From a virus (taxonomy: Duplodnaviria; Caudoviricetes): a stretch of DNA of 27,914 nucleotides. How positions within the stretch are numbered: position 1 is the stretch's first letter; every line of letters starts with the position of its first letter. The notes beneath the pieces were generated by a model. It worked only from the letters and a program-made list of their open reading frames with translations, did no database searches and had not been told where the DNA came from. The position numbers were made by a program, and so were the translations under genes. The DNA lies in the IMG/VR virus record IMGVR_UViG_3300049171_000102, positions 1 through 27,914 of that record; one strand, given 5' to 3'. Shown in pieces: positions 15,378 through 24,093 of this stretch.

Positions 15378-15836
15378 CTACGGCGTCTGCGGCCACAGGT
15401 CATCGACGACGAGTGGCAAGGTGATCGTGTACACACGGAAGATGGCGTCGGCCTGCTCCAGCCAGCCGTCGCGGGCGTCGAGCGACGTCCCGAATTCGCC
15501 GAGGATGTCGACCTTCCGGACGAGGCCGTCCAGCGTGAAGTCCGCGCAGTAGGCGGTGCACAGGACGTCTACGGCGGTCACCAGATGGGGGTCGATGTCG
15601 TCCTGTGGCTCTTGGGTCACTGGCGAGTAGAGCCGCACGGAGAGCGCGAGGAGTGAGCTGGTGGTGGCGAGCCCGGAGCCCCGGATGGCGTGGACCCGGC
15701 CAGGCCAGATCGCGCAGGACAGGCCGTTGCCGGGGGGGTTGGGCGGCTCGTGGCCGCCGACCGCGCGGTCGAAGAGACCGCTGCGCGCGGCGTGCGATTG
15801 GACGGCGTCGAGGATGTCGGTGATCGCGAGCGCCAT
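15378..15836 (-). CDS. Tail terminator / tail completion protein (152 aa)
   Basis: Size, acidity and position just before the tail tube genes; ADFTLDGLV motif. Confidence 0.65.
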   Translation of the reverse strand: MALAITDILDAVQSHAARSGLFDRAVGGHEPPNPPGNGLSCAIWPGRVHAIRGSGLATTSSLLALSVRLYSPVTQEPQDDIDPHLVTAVDVLCTAYCADFTLDGLVRKVDILGEFGTSLDARDGWLEQADAIFRVYTITLPLVVDDLWPQTP

Positions 15837-15839
15837 CGG

Positions 15840-16232
15840 TCACATCCTGCGCGTGTAGCGGGGCAGGATGCGCTGCGCGATCCCGGGCGCCCGGCGATCC
15901 AGGAGCGCCTTCGTGCGGCGGAACGTGGCGTACCCGCGGAAGCGGGTCTCCGGGAAGTTCCTGCTTCCTGTTCCTTCGAGCCACGGCCCGTAGATCACGC
16001 GGGAGTCGTGCACCTCGTAGGCGCTGCCGACCTGGCGCACGGCGATGCGCGACTGGTAGTAGCCGGTCGGGTTGCGCAGCACCTGCCGGAGGCGCTGGTG
16101 CACCATCCGGTACCCCTCGTCGGCGATCTCCCGGCGGGCATGGTCCGCGTACTGGCTCGCAGCGCGCGCGGCGCGGCCGTCGAAGATCGGACCGGAGGTG
16201 GACGAGCTGATGCGAAAGTCCGGCATGGTCAT
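15840..16232 (-). CDS. HK97 gp10-like neck protein (130 aa)
   Basis: ATGA overlap; basic protein with PTGYYQSRI and YGPWLEGTG motifs. Confidence 0.7.
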   Translation of the reverse strand: MTMPDFRISSSTSGPIFDGRAARAASQYADHARREIADEGYRMVHQRLRQVLRNPTGYYQSRIAVRQVGSAYEVHDSRVIYGPWLEGTGSRNFPETRFRGYATFRRTKALLDRRAPGIAQRILPRYTRRM

Positions 16233-17281
16233 ACCCCCCGAAGTCGCGCCTTGCGGCCGTGGCTGGTGTAGACGCGGTCCCGGAGGTCGCGGAGGCCGCG
16301 GCCGGACACCTCGCGCTGCGACTCGGCGGAGCCCGCGGTGCGTGCCCAGCCTGCGCGGCCTTGGAGGAGGACGGTGAGGGCCTCGGCGATGACGAGCTCG
16401 CGCACCGGGCCGGGCGGGTCCCACCGGTGCACGGTGGCGCCGTCGGAGTGCGCTGCGGCGGTGGTGCCGAGCGCGCCCCGGACGACGGTCAGGCTGCGCG
16501 GGGCGTACAGCGTTGCGCCCGTGGCGTGCGCGGCGAGCGTGGAGCCGTCCTGCTCGCGCTTCACGATCAGCGTGTTGCCGGCGATGTCGACGACGTGCAT
16601 CCGCTCGCCGTCGATGAGGATCGTCTCGCCCTCGGCGACCGCCGAGCTGTCCGCGACGGAGACGGCGGTGTTCTTCAGCTGCCCGCCGAGGTCTGCCGCG
16701 AGGGTCTGCCCGGTCGTGGCCATGGCCCGGCCGGTGACGATCACGCGCTCGTCCTCGATGCGCAGCAGCGACCCGACGCCGATCTCGGCGGACGCCTCAG
16801 CGTCCACAGTGACGGTCGTCGTGCTGCCGTCCACCGCGCCGGCGAGCGCGCCCACGGCGGTCTCGTCGTCGCGGAAGCCCCACAGGCCGGCGATGCTGAT
16901 GTCCCGCTGGTGCGTGTCACCGCCGCCGAACACGGCGGAGCTGTCGAGGTCGAGGTCGACGCGGCGGTAGGGCGGCCCCGAGGTGTTGGGCTCCAGGAAG
17001 TAGTCGTCGGCCGAGATCGTCACGCCGCCGCTGGACAGGGCGGTGATGCTGATCAGCTCGTTGTCGTCGAGCCACAGCCGCCACGGCCGCGCCCTCTGCG
17101 GGTTCGGCCAGTCGAAGTAACGGACGCCGATCTCGGGGTAGAACCGGCGGTGCAGCAGGGCCTCCACGTCGCGCGACGCGGACGCGATCACGCGGTCGAT
17201 CCGCCGGAACGCGCGGGCCGTCTCCTTGAAGTCGAGCTCGGAAGCCACGTCCTCGCGGGTCGCGTATGGAGGCTGGAGCAC
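16229..17281 (-). CDS. Head-to-tail adaptor (gp6/gp15-like) with inserted beta-rich repeats (350 aa)
   Basis: N-terminal YATREDV..EL, ASR.VE..L.RRF and C-terminal PGPVREL helix typical of adaptors; large internal insertion. Confidence 0.7.
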   Translation of the reverse strand: MLQPPYATREDVASELDFKETARAFRRIDRVIASASRDVEALLHRRFYPEIGVRYFDWPNPQRARPWRLWLDDNELISITALSSGGVTISADDYFLEPNTSGPPYRRVDLDLDSSAVFGGGDTHQRDISIAGLWGFRDDETAVGALAGAVDGSTTTVTVDAEASAEIGVGSLLRIEDERVIVTGRAMATTGQTLAADLGGQLKNTAVSVADSSAVAEGETILIDGERMHVVDIAGNTLIVKREQDGSTLAAHATGATLYAPRSLTVVRGALGTTAAAHSDGATVHRWDPPGPVRELVIAEALTVLLQGRAGWARTAGSAESQREVSGRGLRDLRDRVYTSHGRKARLRGV

Positions 17282-17297
17282 CGCCGGTCACCCCCTC

Positions 17298-17810
17298 TCA
17301 GGCGTCGCTACTGCCCGACGTAGGTGCCGTCTGGTCGCCAGCCGCAGTACCGGCAGAAGAGGACTGAGTCCGGCCCTTGGCGGAGCGGCTCGCCGTCTTC
17401 CGGGCAGGCTTCGGGGTCGCGGTTTCGCTCGGCTCGGGCTTCGTCTGCAGCTTCTCGGGGGATGTCTCGGAGTTGTTCCCAGGCGATGGCTTCTCGCCTC
17501 CCTCTGTGTCGCTGGCGCCCTCGCGGGGCGCCCTGCGCTTCGGGAGGACCGTCGGCGGGACGTCTTCCCCGACTAGGGGCAACGTGTCGCCGCTGACGAT
17601 GCCGCCCGTGGCGAGCCCTTCCTCGGGCCCGTCCGGCGCCGCCTCGGCGGCGGCGTTGGTCGGCCCGCCGTTGCGGGAGATCTTCGGCATGGAACCCTCC
17701 TCGTGGAACTCCGTGCTGTGGCAGCGGGGGCACCGCGACAGGCCGACCGCGTACAGCACGCCGCAGGGCCGCTCGGTGTGGTCGACGCCGTCGCAGCGCC
17801 AGAGCGTCAT
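17298..17810 (-). CDS. Hypothetical protein with N-terminal Cys cluster (C...C, CPRC) and disordered tail (170 aa)
   Basis: ATGA overlap with the upstream stop; zinc-ribbon-like N-terminus, then low-complexity S/T/P/E/K-rich region. Confidence 0.7.
   Translation of the reverse strand: MTLWRCDGVDHTERPCGVLYAVGLSRCPRCHSTEFHEEGSMPKISRNGGPTNAAAEAAPDGPEEGLATGGIVSGDTLPLVGEDVPPTVLPKRRAPREGASDTEGGEKPSPGNNSETSPEKLQTKPEPSETATPKPARKTASRSAKGRTQSSSAGTAAGDQTAPTSGSSDA
17308..17487 (-). CDS. Putative overprinted 59-aa zinc-ribbon protein with non-canonical ATC start
   Basis: GGAGG (17497-17501) 9 nt before ATC GCC TGG. Product IAWEQLRDI...ACPEDGEPL...LFCRYCGW looks ordered while the host frame is low-complexity. 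Confidence 0.55.
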   Translation of the reverse strand: MAWEQLRDIPREAADEARAERNRDPEACPEDGEPLRQGPDSVLFCRYCGWRPDGTYVGQ

Positions 17811-18283
17811 GCCGCCGCCACCTCCGCGCCGTCGTCCCACGGCACGTAGACGAGGCTCCAGGCGACCGACCCGGTGTTCGACGCGGCGCAGTCCAGCTCG
17901 ATCGCGCCCTCGGACAGGAGTAGCGGCGCGGTGAGCATGGCGTTGCCGATGAGCAGGTCGGAGCGCATCGCGTCGCCGACGGCTCCGGAGATGGTGTAGA
18001 GCTCGCCGACGGGGTCGGCGGTGATGTCGAGGACGGCGCACAGGTCCTGGTCGGCGCCGGTCGCCGTCGGGTTGAACTTGATCTTCGTGTTGTTGGCCTG
18101 GGTCTGGATCACCGTGGTGACCTCGCCGACCAGGCCGACGAGCAGCACCCGGCCGCCGGTGACGTTGAACAGCGCGACGTCGGCGGTCTGCGGCAGGGCC
18201 GCGGTGGCGCGGTCGACCCGGATGCCGGTGGTCAGCTCGCGGGACACCGGGGAGAACTGCGTGGGATCGAGTATGACGGTCAT
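17807..18283 (-). CDS. Virion structural protein, possible head decoration (158 aa)
   Basis: SD GGAGG; beta-rich; lies in the head module. Confidence 0.6.
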   Translation of the reverse strand: MTVILDPTQFSPVSRELTTGIRVDRATAALPQTADVALFNVTGGRVLLVGLVGEVTTVIQTQANNTKIKFNPTATGADQDLCAVLDITADPVGELYTISGAVGDAMRSDLLIGNAMLTAPLLLSEGAIELDCAASNTGSVAWSLVYVPWDDGAEVAAA

Positions 18284-18298
18284 GGGTCAGTCCTCCGT

Positions 18299-18724
18299 TC
18301 AGGCCGAGAGGGCGGGCAGGTTGGCGGGGTCGCGCTGGACGTGGAGGTCGTGCGCGATGGCGGTGACGGTGCCCGTCGAGGTCGAGGCGACCTTGACGTG
18401 CGTGTAGTCGTCGGACAGCTCGGGCGAGTGGATCGTGAACACGCAGGAGTCCTGCGCGGTCGCCGAGGTGGTGACGACGGTCGACGCGGCGGCCTGGGTC
18501 TGGAGCGTCCAGGTGCCGGTGCCGACGCCGGAGCTGGTGTAGTAGCGGGTCACGGTCGCGAGGACCTGCGCGCCGGTGCCGGCGGCGTCCTGCGCCTCGG
18601 TGACGGTGTAGGTGTCGCCGCCGTCGAGGACGCAGAGGAACGAGACGGCGTCGGCGTCGCGGAGGTTGACGTACACGTTGTCCGCGATCGGGACGGTGTT
18701 GAAGTGGTAGCCGAGAGCTTCCAT
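18299..18724 (-). CDS. Virion structural protein, possible capsid decoration/cement (141 aa)
   Basis: Immediately after the capsid gene; Thr/Ala-rich beta protein; strong codon bias. Confidence 0.65.
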   Translation of the reverse strand: MEALGYHFNTVPIADNVYVNLRDADAVSFLCVLDGGDTYTVTEAQDAAGTGAQVLATVTRYYTSSGVGTGTWTLQTQAAASTVVTTSATAQDSCVFTIHSPELSDDYTHVKVASTSTGTVTAIAHDLHVQRDPANLPALSA

Positions 18725-18742
18725 GGTTCAGGTGCCTTCCTG

Positions 18743-18802
18743 GTGGGGTGTGAATGCCACGTCGGGTGCGGGGGCGGCGGGGGTGTGAATGCCCGCCGCC
18801 CC
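18743..18802 (-). repeat. Twin hairpins with identical 10-nt loop CAUUCACACC
   Basis: 14-bp direct repeat at 18745-18758 and 18780-18793; stems GGGGCGGCGGG/CCCGCCGCCCC and GTGG/CCAC. Confidence 0.8.
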
Positions 18803-18809
18803 TGGCGCC

Positions 18810-20264
18810 TCAGGCGCGGGTCGCGACCTTGACGAAGGGCGACAGCGCCGCGCCGCCGTTCTTCGGCGTGATCGCGGACTGGAGCCACGGCCGGCCGTCG
18901 ACGCGCTGGATGATGCGGTAGGCCGTCATGTCGTTGCCGAACTTGAAGTGCGGCGAGCTCATGGCGGACATGACCTGCCGGTCGCCGATGAGGTACATCC
19001 CGAAATCGATGAGGTTGATGTCGCCGGCGGTGCCGAGGACCGGCGCCTTCTCGGTGAAGATCACCGGCCTGCCCAGGATCGTCATCGGCGGGCCCTCGAC
19101 GCCGTTGTTGAGCCAGATCGCCGACCCGCCCGTGCCGACCGACAGGGCCATGGTGGCCAGCTCAGGGAACGTGTCGATCGACGCGACCCACACGGCGCGG
19201 CCGTGGGACTGCGGCAGCATCCGGGCGTAAGCCTTGACGATGTTCTCCCACACGATGCTCGCGGCGGGCTGGCCGGCCTCCTTGGCGACCTCGACGGCCG
19301 CCGGGGCCTTGAGCGCGCCGAGCGGCTCGCCGGTGCCGGAGCCGTTGAGGAACGCGTCGTCCTCGTAGAACCCCAACGCCTCGGGGAAGATGTCGTCGAT
19401 GAACGCCTGGAACGAGATGACGCTGTCGCTGATCAGCTCGTTCGGGGCCTCGGTGTACACCGTGAGCTTCTTGGCGTCCAGCACGACCCGGCCGAACTTC
19501 GCCTGGGACGCGGTGAGCTGACCGCCCTCCTCGGTCCAGTAGCCGACGATCCCGCCGTACACCGAGCTGACGTTGCTGGAGGCGTCGACCGCAGGGAACG
19601 GCACGCGCAGCGTCTCCATGGGGATGACGCGGGCCCGGGGGCGGACGATCGCGGTCTCCAGCGACACCGCGAGCATCTCGGAACGCAGGGTCTCCGGGAT
19701 GAGGAACCCGCCCTCGCTGGGAACGGTGCTGCTGAACGCGTTCCTCATCCTCGACAGCTTCGCCTGCATGGCGGCGTCCCTGGAGGCGTTGTGCCAGATC
19801 GCCTGGAAGTACTCCGCGGAGCTGGTGAACTCGCGGTCGATCGCCGCGCCCATGGCCTTGGAGTTGTACAGGCCGCGCTTCTGCTCCCGGATCGACGCCA
19901 CCGGCGCCGCGGGGTTGAGGTTGAGCCGCTGGACCGCCTCGGGCTGCTCGTCGCGCAGCCAGTTCGCCAGGACCCGCTGGGTCTCCTCCCTCACCTGGGT
20001 GGCGATCTCCTGGTCCTTGTCCAGGCAGACCTTGGCGTACTTGGAGATCAGCTCCCCGAACGCGCTCTTGTCCTGGAACACCTGCTGCATCCGCGTGGAG
20101 TCGCCGAGGAGTTCCTCCAGCGCGGCGGGGGTGTCGGGGATGGTGATCCGCTCCGGGTCGACCTGGGGGGCCGGGGCGCGGTTGAAGGTCCGGCCGACGT
20201 CGGCGGGGCCGTATCCGTACCTGGCCAGCAGTGCGCGCTGCCCACGGGTCGGGGTCTTGATCAT
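18810..20264 (-). CDS. Major capsid protein, HK97 fold (484 aa)
   Basis: EGGFLIPE, WTEEGG, AKKL, GSGTGEPLG, ILGRPVI, R..QRVDG motifs; N-terminal extension. Confidence 0.95.
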   Translation of the reverse strand: MIKTPTRGQRALLARYGYGPADVGRTFNRAPAPQVDPERITIPDTPAALEELLGDSTRMQQVFQDKSAFGELISKYAKVCLDKDQEIATQVREETQRVLANWLRDEQPEAVQRLNLNPAAPVASIREQKRGLYNSKAMGAAIDREFTSSAEYFQAIWHNASRDAAMQAKLSRMRNAFSSTVPSEGGFLIPETLRSEMLAVSLETAIVRPRARVIPMETLRVPFPAVDASSNVSSVYGGIVGYWTEEGGQLTASQAKFGRVVLDAKKLTVYTEAPNELISDSVISFQAFIDDIFPEALGFYEDDAFLNGSGTGEPLGALKAPAAVEVAKEAGQPAASIVWENIVKAYARMLPQSHGRAVWVASIDTFPELATMALSVGTGGSAIWLNNGVEGPPMTILGRPVIFTEKAPVLGTAGDINLIDFGMYLIGDRQVMSAMSSPHFKFGNDMTAYRIIQRVDGRPWLQSAITPKNGGAALSPFVKVATRA

Positions 20265-20326
20265 CGAGATGCCTCCCTAGGCAGTTGCGACAGCGGCCTG
20301 CACCGTGTCGGGGTTGTCACCGAGCT

Positions 20327-21598
20327 TCACGACCGGCCGGCTTCCCGTAGGGCACGTGTCACGACGGTGGCGTCGTACAGGTCGGGCTCCGGCTCGTCCG
20401 GGGTCCGTTCGGTGGGTGCGGGCGCGTTGTTCGCCTGCGTCCGCACAGCGGCCCGGAAGATCTCGCCGAGGCTGAGCGGCTCGGGGTCCGGCTGCCGTGG
20501 CGGCGGTTCCGGCTCCGGGGCTGCGGGTTCGGGATCGGGGTCCGGTTGCCGTGTCGGGGCGGGGGCGTTGTTCGCGTGGGCCTGCACGGCGGAGCGGAGC
20601 ACCTCAGGGTCGTAGGGCCCCTCCGGTGCGGACTCGTCCGGCTCGACCTCGGGTTCGGCGGCGGGCTCCGGATCGGCTGCTGGCTCCGGCGTGGTGGGGG
20701 CGGGGGCGTTGCTGGCCTGCGCGTCCACGGCGTCGCGGAACAGTTCCGGGTCCCAGTCGGCGAGGTGGCCCGTGGCGCGGGCCAAGCCTGCACGGAACAG
20801 CTCCGGGTCCCATCCGCCGGCGAGTTCGGCCGCGGGCGCGGAGGGCTCGTCACCACGGGAGGCCAGCCCGTCGGCCATCGCCACCGGGTCCAGGGGCGTC
20901 TCCCCGTCCGCCGGGGTCGGCGCGGGCGCCTGCTCGCGGCCCTCGTAGCGGAACACGGACAGGTCCCACGACGCGGCCAGCGCATGGGCTGCCGCCGGCT
21001 CCTCCTCAGGGCGACGGGCGGGCTTGGCCACCTCGTCAGCGAGCCCCGCCTCGACCGCCTCCCGCGCGGTGTACCAGGTCTCGGCCTGCATCCGCTTCCG
21101 CCACTGCCCGGCGGTGCCGCCCGCCCGCTCCGCGTAGATCCCTGCGATGTTGTCGGACTGCCGGTCCAGCAGCTCGGCCATCTCCCGCATGTCCTCGGCG
21201 TTCCCGATCGCCAGACCGGACCCGTCGTGGATCATCATCTGGGAGTGGGGGGCCATCACGACCTGGTCGCCCGCCATCGCGATCACGCTCGCGATCGACG
21301 CGGCGAGGGAGTCGACCTGCACGACGACCCGCGCCGTGTGGGAGCGCAGGCAGTTGTGGATCGCGATCCCGTCGAAGATCTCCCCGCCAGGGGAGTTGAC
21401 GTAGAGGTGGATCTCGGCGGCGTCGATCGCGGACAGCTGCGCGACGAAGTCCGAGGCGGTGACGCCGAAGTATCCGATCTCGTCGTAGATGTAGACCGCG
21501 ACCGTGCCGGTGCCCGCGTTGTTCTCGATGCGGTACCAGTCGGTCCGGCCCTGCCGCAGCGCCGCCCGGGGGCGAGCCGACTTACGCTTCGGCGCCAT
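20327..21598 (-). CDS. ClpP-type (S14) head maturation protease with repetitive C-terminal extension (423 aa)
   Basis: VNSPGG, LAASIAS, MMIHD, ETWYTA.EAV..GLAD motifs. Confidence 0.93.
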   Translation of the reverse strand: MAPKRKSARPRAALRQGRTDWYRIENNAGTGTVAVYIYDEIGYFGVTASDFVAQLSAIDAAEIHLYVNSPGGEIFDGIAIHNCLRSHTARVVVQVDSLAASIASVIAMAGDQVVMAPHSQMMIHDGSGLAIGNAEDMREMAELLDRQSDNIAGIYAERAGGTAGQWRKRMQAETWYTAREAVEAGLADEVAKPARRPEEEPAAAHALAASWDLSVFRYEGREQAPAPTPADGETPLDPVAMADGLASRGDEPSAPAAELAGGWDPELFRAGLARATGHLADWDPELFRDAVDAQASNAPAPTTPEPAADPEPAAEPEVEPDESAPEGPYDPEVLRSAVQAHANNAPAPTRQPDPDPEPAAPEPEPPPRQPDPEPLSLGEIFRAAVRTQANNAPAPTERTPDEPEPDLYDATVVTRALREAGRS

Positions 21599-21872
21599 CG
21601 GTCACCTCCTCGGCAGGTGGGGTCCAGCCGAGCCGGACCAGCAGATCCCGCGTCGCGGGGGGCAGGTGCACCTGCGCGTCGTCCGAGTAGGTGGAGATGT
21701 CCAGGGCGATCACGTCGAGCGTCGCCCGCGGCACGTCCCCGGAGTCGAGGCGCAGTGTGAGGCCATGGAGAGCAGCGCTGATGTCCTGGTCGTCCAGGTG
21801 CACGCTGCTTGTCGGCCCGTCGCTGCTGATGCGTAGAGACCGTGGCCCCACCCCGTGCTTACTCATCGCCAT
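21582..21872 (-). CDS. Hypothetical protein (96 aa)
   Basis: SD GGAGG; fills the gap between portal and protease with overlaps at both ends. Confidence 0.7.
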   Translation of the reverse strand: MAMSKHGVGPRSLRISSDGPTSSVHLDDQDISAALHGLTLRLDSGDVPRATLDVIALDISTYSDDAQVHLPPATRDLLVRLGWTPPAEEVTDGAEA

Positions 21873-24093
21873 CCCCGTCCTCCGTCTCCCAGCGGGCCAC
21901 GACCGTGCCGCGGCACCGGACCCCGCCCTCGCACTCCTGATAGCCGCCCGTCCCGTACACCCGCCGCGCCTCAGCCAGGTCGGTGAACTCGGTGCCGTCG
22001 ATCGCGTCGCACGGCGGGCAGGTGTTGCTGTCCAGCACCTCCGTGGCGAAGTACCGCCCCGGCGGGGCCGCCTCCAACGTGGCGAGGCGGCCGAGGTTCT
22101 GCGCCCGGTGCAGCGCCCCGCCGAGCTGGTCCCGGCGGAACCAGTTCTTCAGGCCGCGTAGCCACCCGATGACCGCCCCGGCCACCGCGGCGCCGGCAGC
22201 GCCTGGCGCGTACAGCCGCAGCGCCTCCCGGCCCGCCGCTGCCGCGACGTCGGTCGCCAGCAGGTGCGCCACCGCGACCGCGATGTCCGCCAGTTCCCCG
22301 CCGAACGCGGCCCGCAGGCGCGGCAGCGCGTCCGTCAGGGCCGGGTCGACGCGGGGCGCGGTGACCTCGACGCCCTGCTCGGCGGCCTCGGCCGCCATCT
22401 GCTCAGCCGCCGCCGTGGCCATCGCGCCCAACGCCCGGCGCAGCACGGTCGCCGCGTCGCCGCTGTCTGCCGTGAGGCTGGCCAACGCCTCGGGGTTGGA
22501 GTCATCGACGGCCTGCTCGATCTGCTCGGCGAGCTGTTCGTACTGGGCGTCGGCGACCGGCTCCCAGTCTTCCAGCAGCGCGGTGAGCGCCTCGTTGAAC
22601 AGCGCTCGGACGTCCTCCAGGTCGTCGTTCTGGTTCCGCATGCCGGGGCGCGGCCGTCGGCTTCGGGCCCGCGCGATGTCGAACAGCGACCGGGTGGCCT
22701 GCGGCTCAACCGCGCCCGGCGTGGCGTGGTGATGAATGTCCAGCCGAGCAGCCGGCGGCGCCGCAGGATCCGGGGCCCGTGCGGGCTGGGTGGCCGGTGG
22801 GGGCGACGACAGCGGCACGTCGAACCCGAGCAGCCGAAGGACCGGTTCCGCGACGTGCGCAGGAGCGCGCTTCAGCACGTCGATCAACAGTTCGCGGTCG
22901 AGGTCCGCCCCAGGCTGCCCGAACGACACGGCGGGGAGCCCGAACACCTCCAGTACCTCGGGCCCGTAGGCCCCGGCCTCGATCAGATCTCGCGCTGCCT
23001 GGGTCTTCGCGGTCAGCTCCGCGTTCCGCGCCTCGGGGTCCACCGGCACGGGGTCGCAGTAGTCGAACTCCAGCGCCGCTGCGGCCTTCCCGTACAGCGG
23101 CAGGAGGTCGTTGTTCAGCGCCGCCTTGATGCGCTCCAGGCGCGGCACGGTCAGCTGCTCGGCGAACCACGCCTTGGACGCGTCGGCGGTCGCGCGGTTG
23201 ATGTCCTCGACGTCGCCGACGGCGAACTTCGGCATCCCGAACGCCTCGCGAATGACCTTGCTGCTCACGTCGCGAAGCTCGACGAACTGCATGTCCCGCT
23301 GCGTGTAGCGGCGGTCCACCCACTTGCCGTGCTCCAGGATCGCGACCCTGCCGGCGTTGGATACGCCGCGGTGCTGCTCGTTCCACCGGTCCCGCAGCTC
23401 GTCGAACTCGGCGTCGGACAGGCCGTTGGGCACCTCCAGGATCCCGCCAGGCTCCGCCGAGTTGTGGAAGAAGTTGCGGATCCATTCGGCGGCGAGCCGG
23501 TTCGCGTCCAGGTCCGGCAGGATCGACTGCACCGGCCCCATGCCCCGGTACGGATCCAAAGGGTTCGGCATGCGCAGCTGGATCACGTCTTCCCGGCGCA
23601 GCGCGATCTGCTCCCCGCCCGGCCCGGTGTACATGTAGCCGGTCAGGAACTCCGTCGGGTGCGGGATCGGCTGGATACGGTCCGGGCGCACCGGCCACAG
23701 CTCCAGCGGCAGCGGCGACCGCGGGTTGTGGGCGATCACCAGCCAGCCCTCGCCCGTCAGGTCGACGTGCTGCTGGAACGTCTCGACGAACTCCTGCCGC
23801 GGCATGAACGGGTTCGGCTTGTTCCACAGGTCGAGGGCCGCGTGGCTCGTGACCTCGGTACGGTCCTCGTCCAGCCCGGACGGCGCCTTCCGCCACAGCT
23901 TCCATTCGACCTGCGCGGTCGCGTTGCTGGTGCGGTGCACGATCGCGAAGAGGGTGCCCACGGAGCCCATGGCCCGCATCTGCGCTTCGGCGCCGGTGAG
24001 GGGGCGCCACGGCAGGTGCAGCCCGCGGTTCGCGGTGAAGGGGACGGGCGTCTTGTTCACGAGCGAGCTGAGCGCCCGCAGCGGAGACTTCAC
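21859..24093 (-). CDS. Portal protein (HK97 family) fused to a C-terminal MuF/SPP1 gp7-like head morphogenesis domain (744 aa)
   Basis: GTG at 24093 after GGAGGA. Portal motifs PNPFM, L.PVRPDRI, Y.GMGPV, FFHNSAEPGGIL, FGMP. C-terminal D.NTC..C...DG ... C....RCRG. Confidence 0.9.
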   Translation of the reverse strand: MKSPLRALSSLVNKTPVPFTANRGLHLPWRPLTGAEAQMRAMGSVGTLFAIVHRTSNATAQVEWKLWRKAPSGLDEDRTEVTSHAALDLWNKPNPFMPRQEFVETFQQHVDLTGEGWLVIAHNPRSPLPLELWPVRPDRIQPIPHPTEFLTGYMYTGPGGEQIALRREDVIQLRMPNPLDPYRGMGPVQSILPDLDANRLAAEWIRNFFHNSAEPGGILEVPNGLSDAEFDELRDRWNEQHRGVSNAGRVAILEHGKWVDRRYTQRDMQFVELRDVSSKVIREAFGMPKFAVGDVEDINRATADASKAWFAEQLTVPRLERIKAALNNDLLPLYGKAAAALEFDYCDPVPVDPEARNAELTAKTQAARDLIEAGAYGPEVLEVFGLPAVSFGQPGADLDRELLIDVLKRAPAHVAEPVLRLLGFDVPLSSPPPATQPARAPDPAAPPAARLDIHHHATPGAVEPQATRSLFDIARARSRRPRPGMRNQNDDLEDVRALFNEALTALLEDWEPVADAQYEQLAEQIEQAVDDSNPEALASLTADSGDAATVLRRALGAMATAAAEQMAAEAAEQGVEVTAPRVDPALTDALPRLRAAFGGELADIAVAVAHLLATDVAAAAGREALRLYAPGAAGAAVAGAVIGWLRGLKNWFRRDQLGGALHRAQNLGRLATLEAAPPGRYFATEVLDSNTCPPCDAIDGTEFTDLAEARRVYGTGGYQECEGGVRCRGTVVARWETEDGDGDE

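Noticed and set aside
18743-18802. CRISPR mini-array
   Set aside because: Only two 14-bp repeats with a 21-bp spacer; too short, and no cas genes.
20270-20283. 5-bp hairpin TGCCT-AGGG-AGGCA overlapping the capsid SD
   Set aside because: Too short to distinguish from chance in GC-rich DNA.
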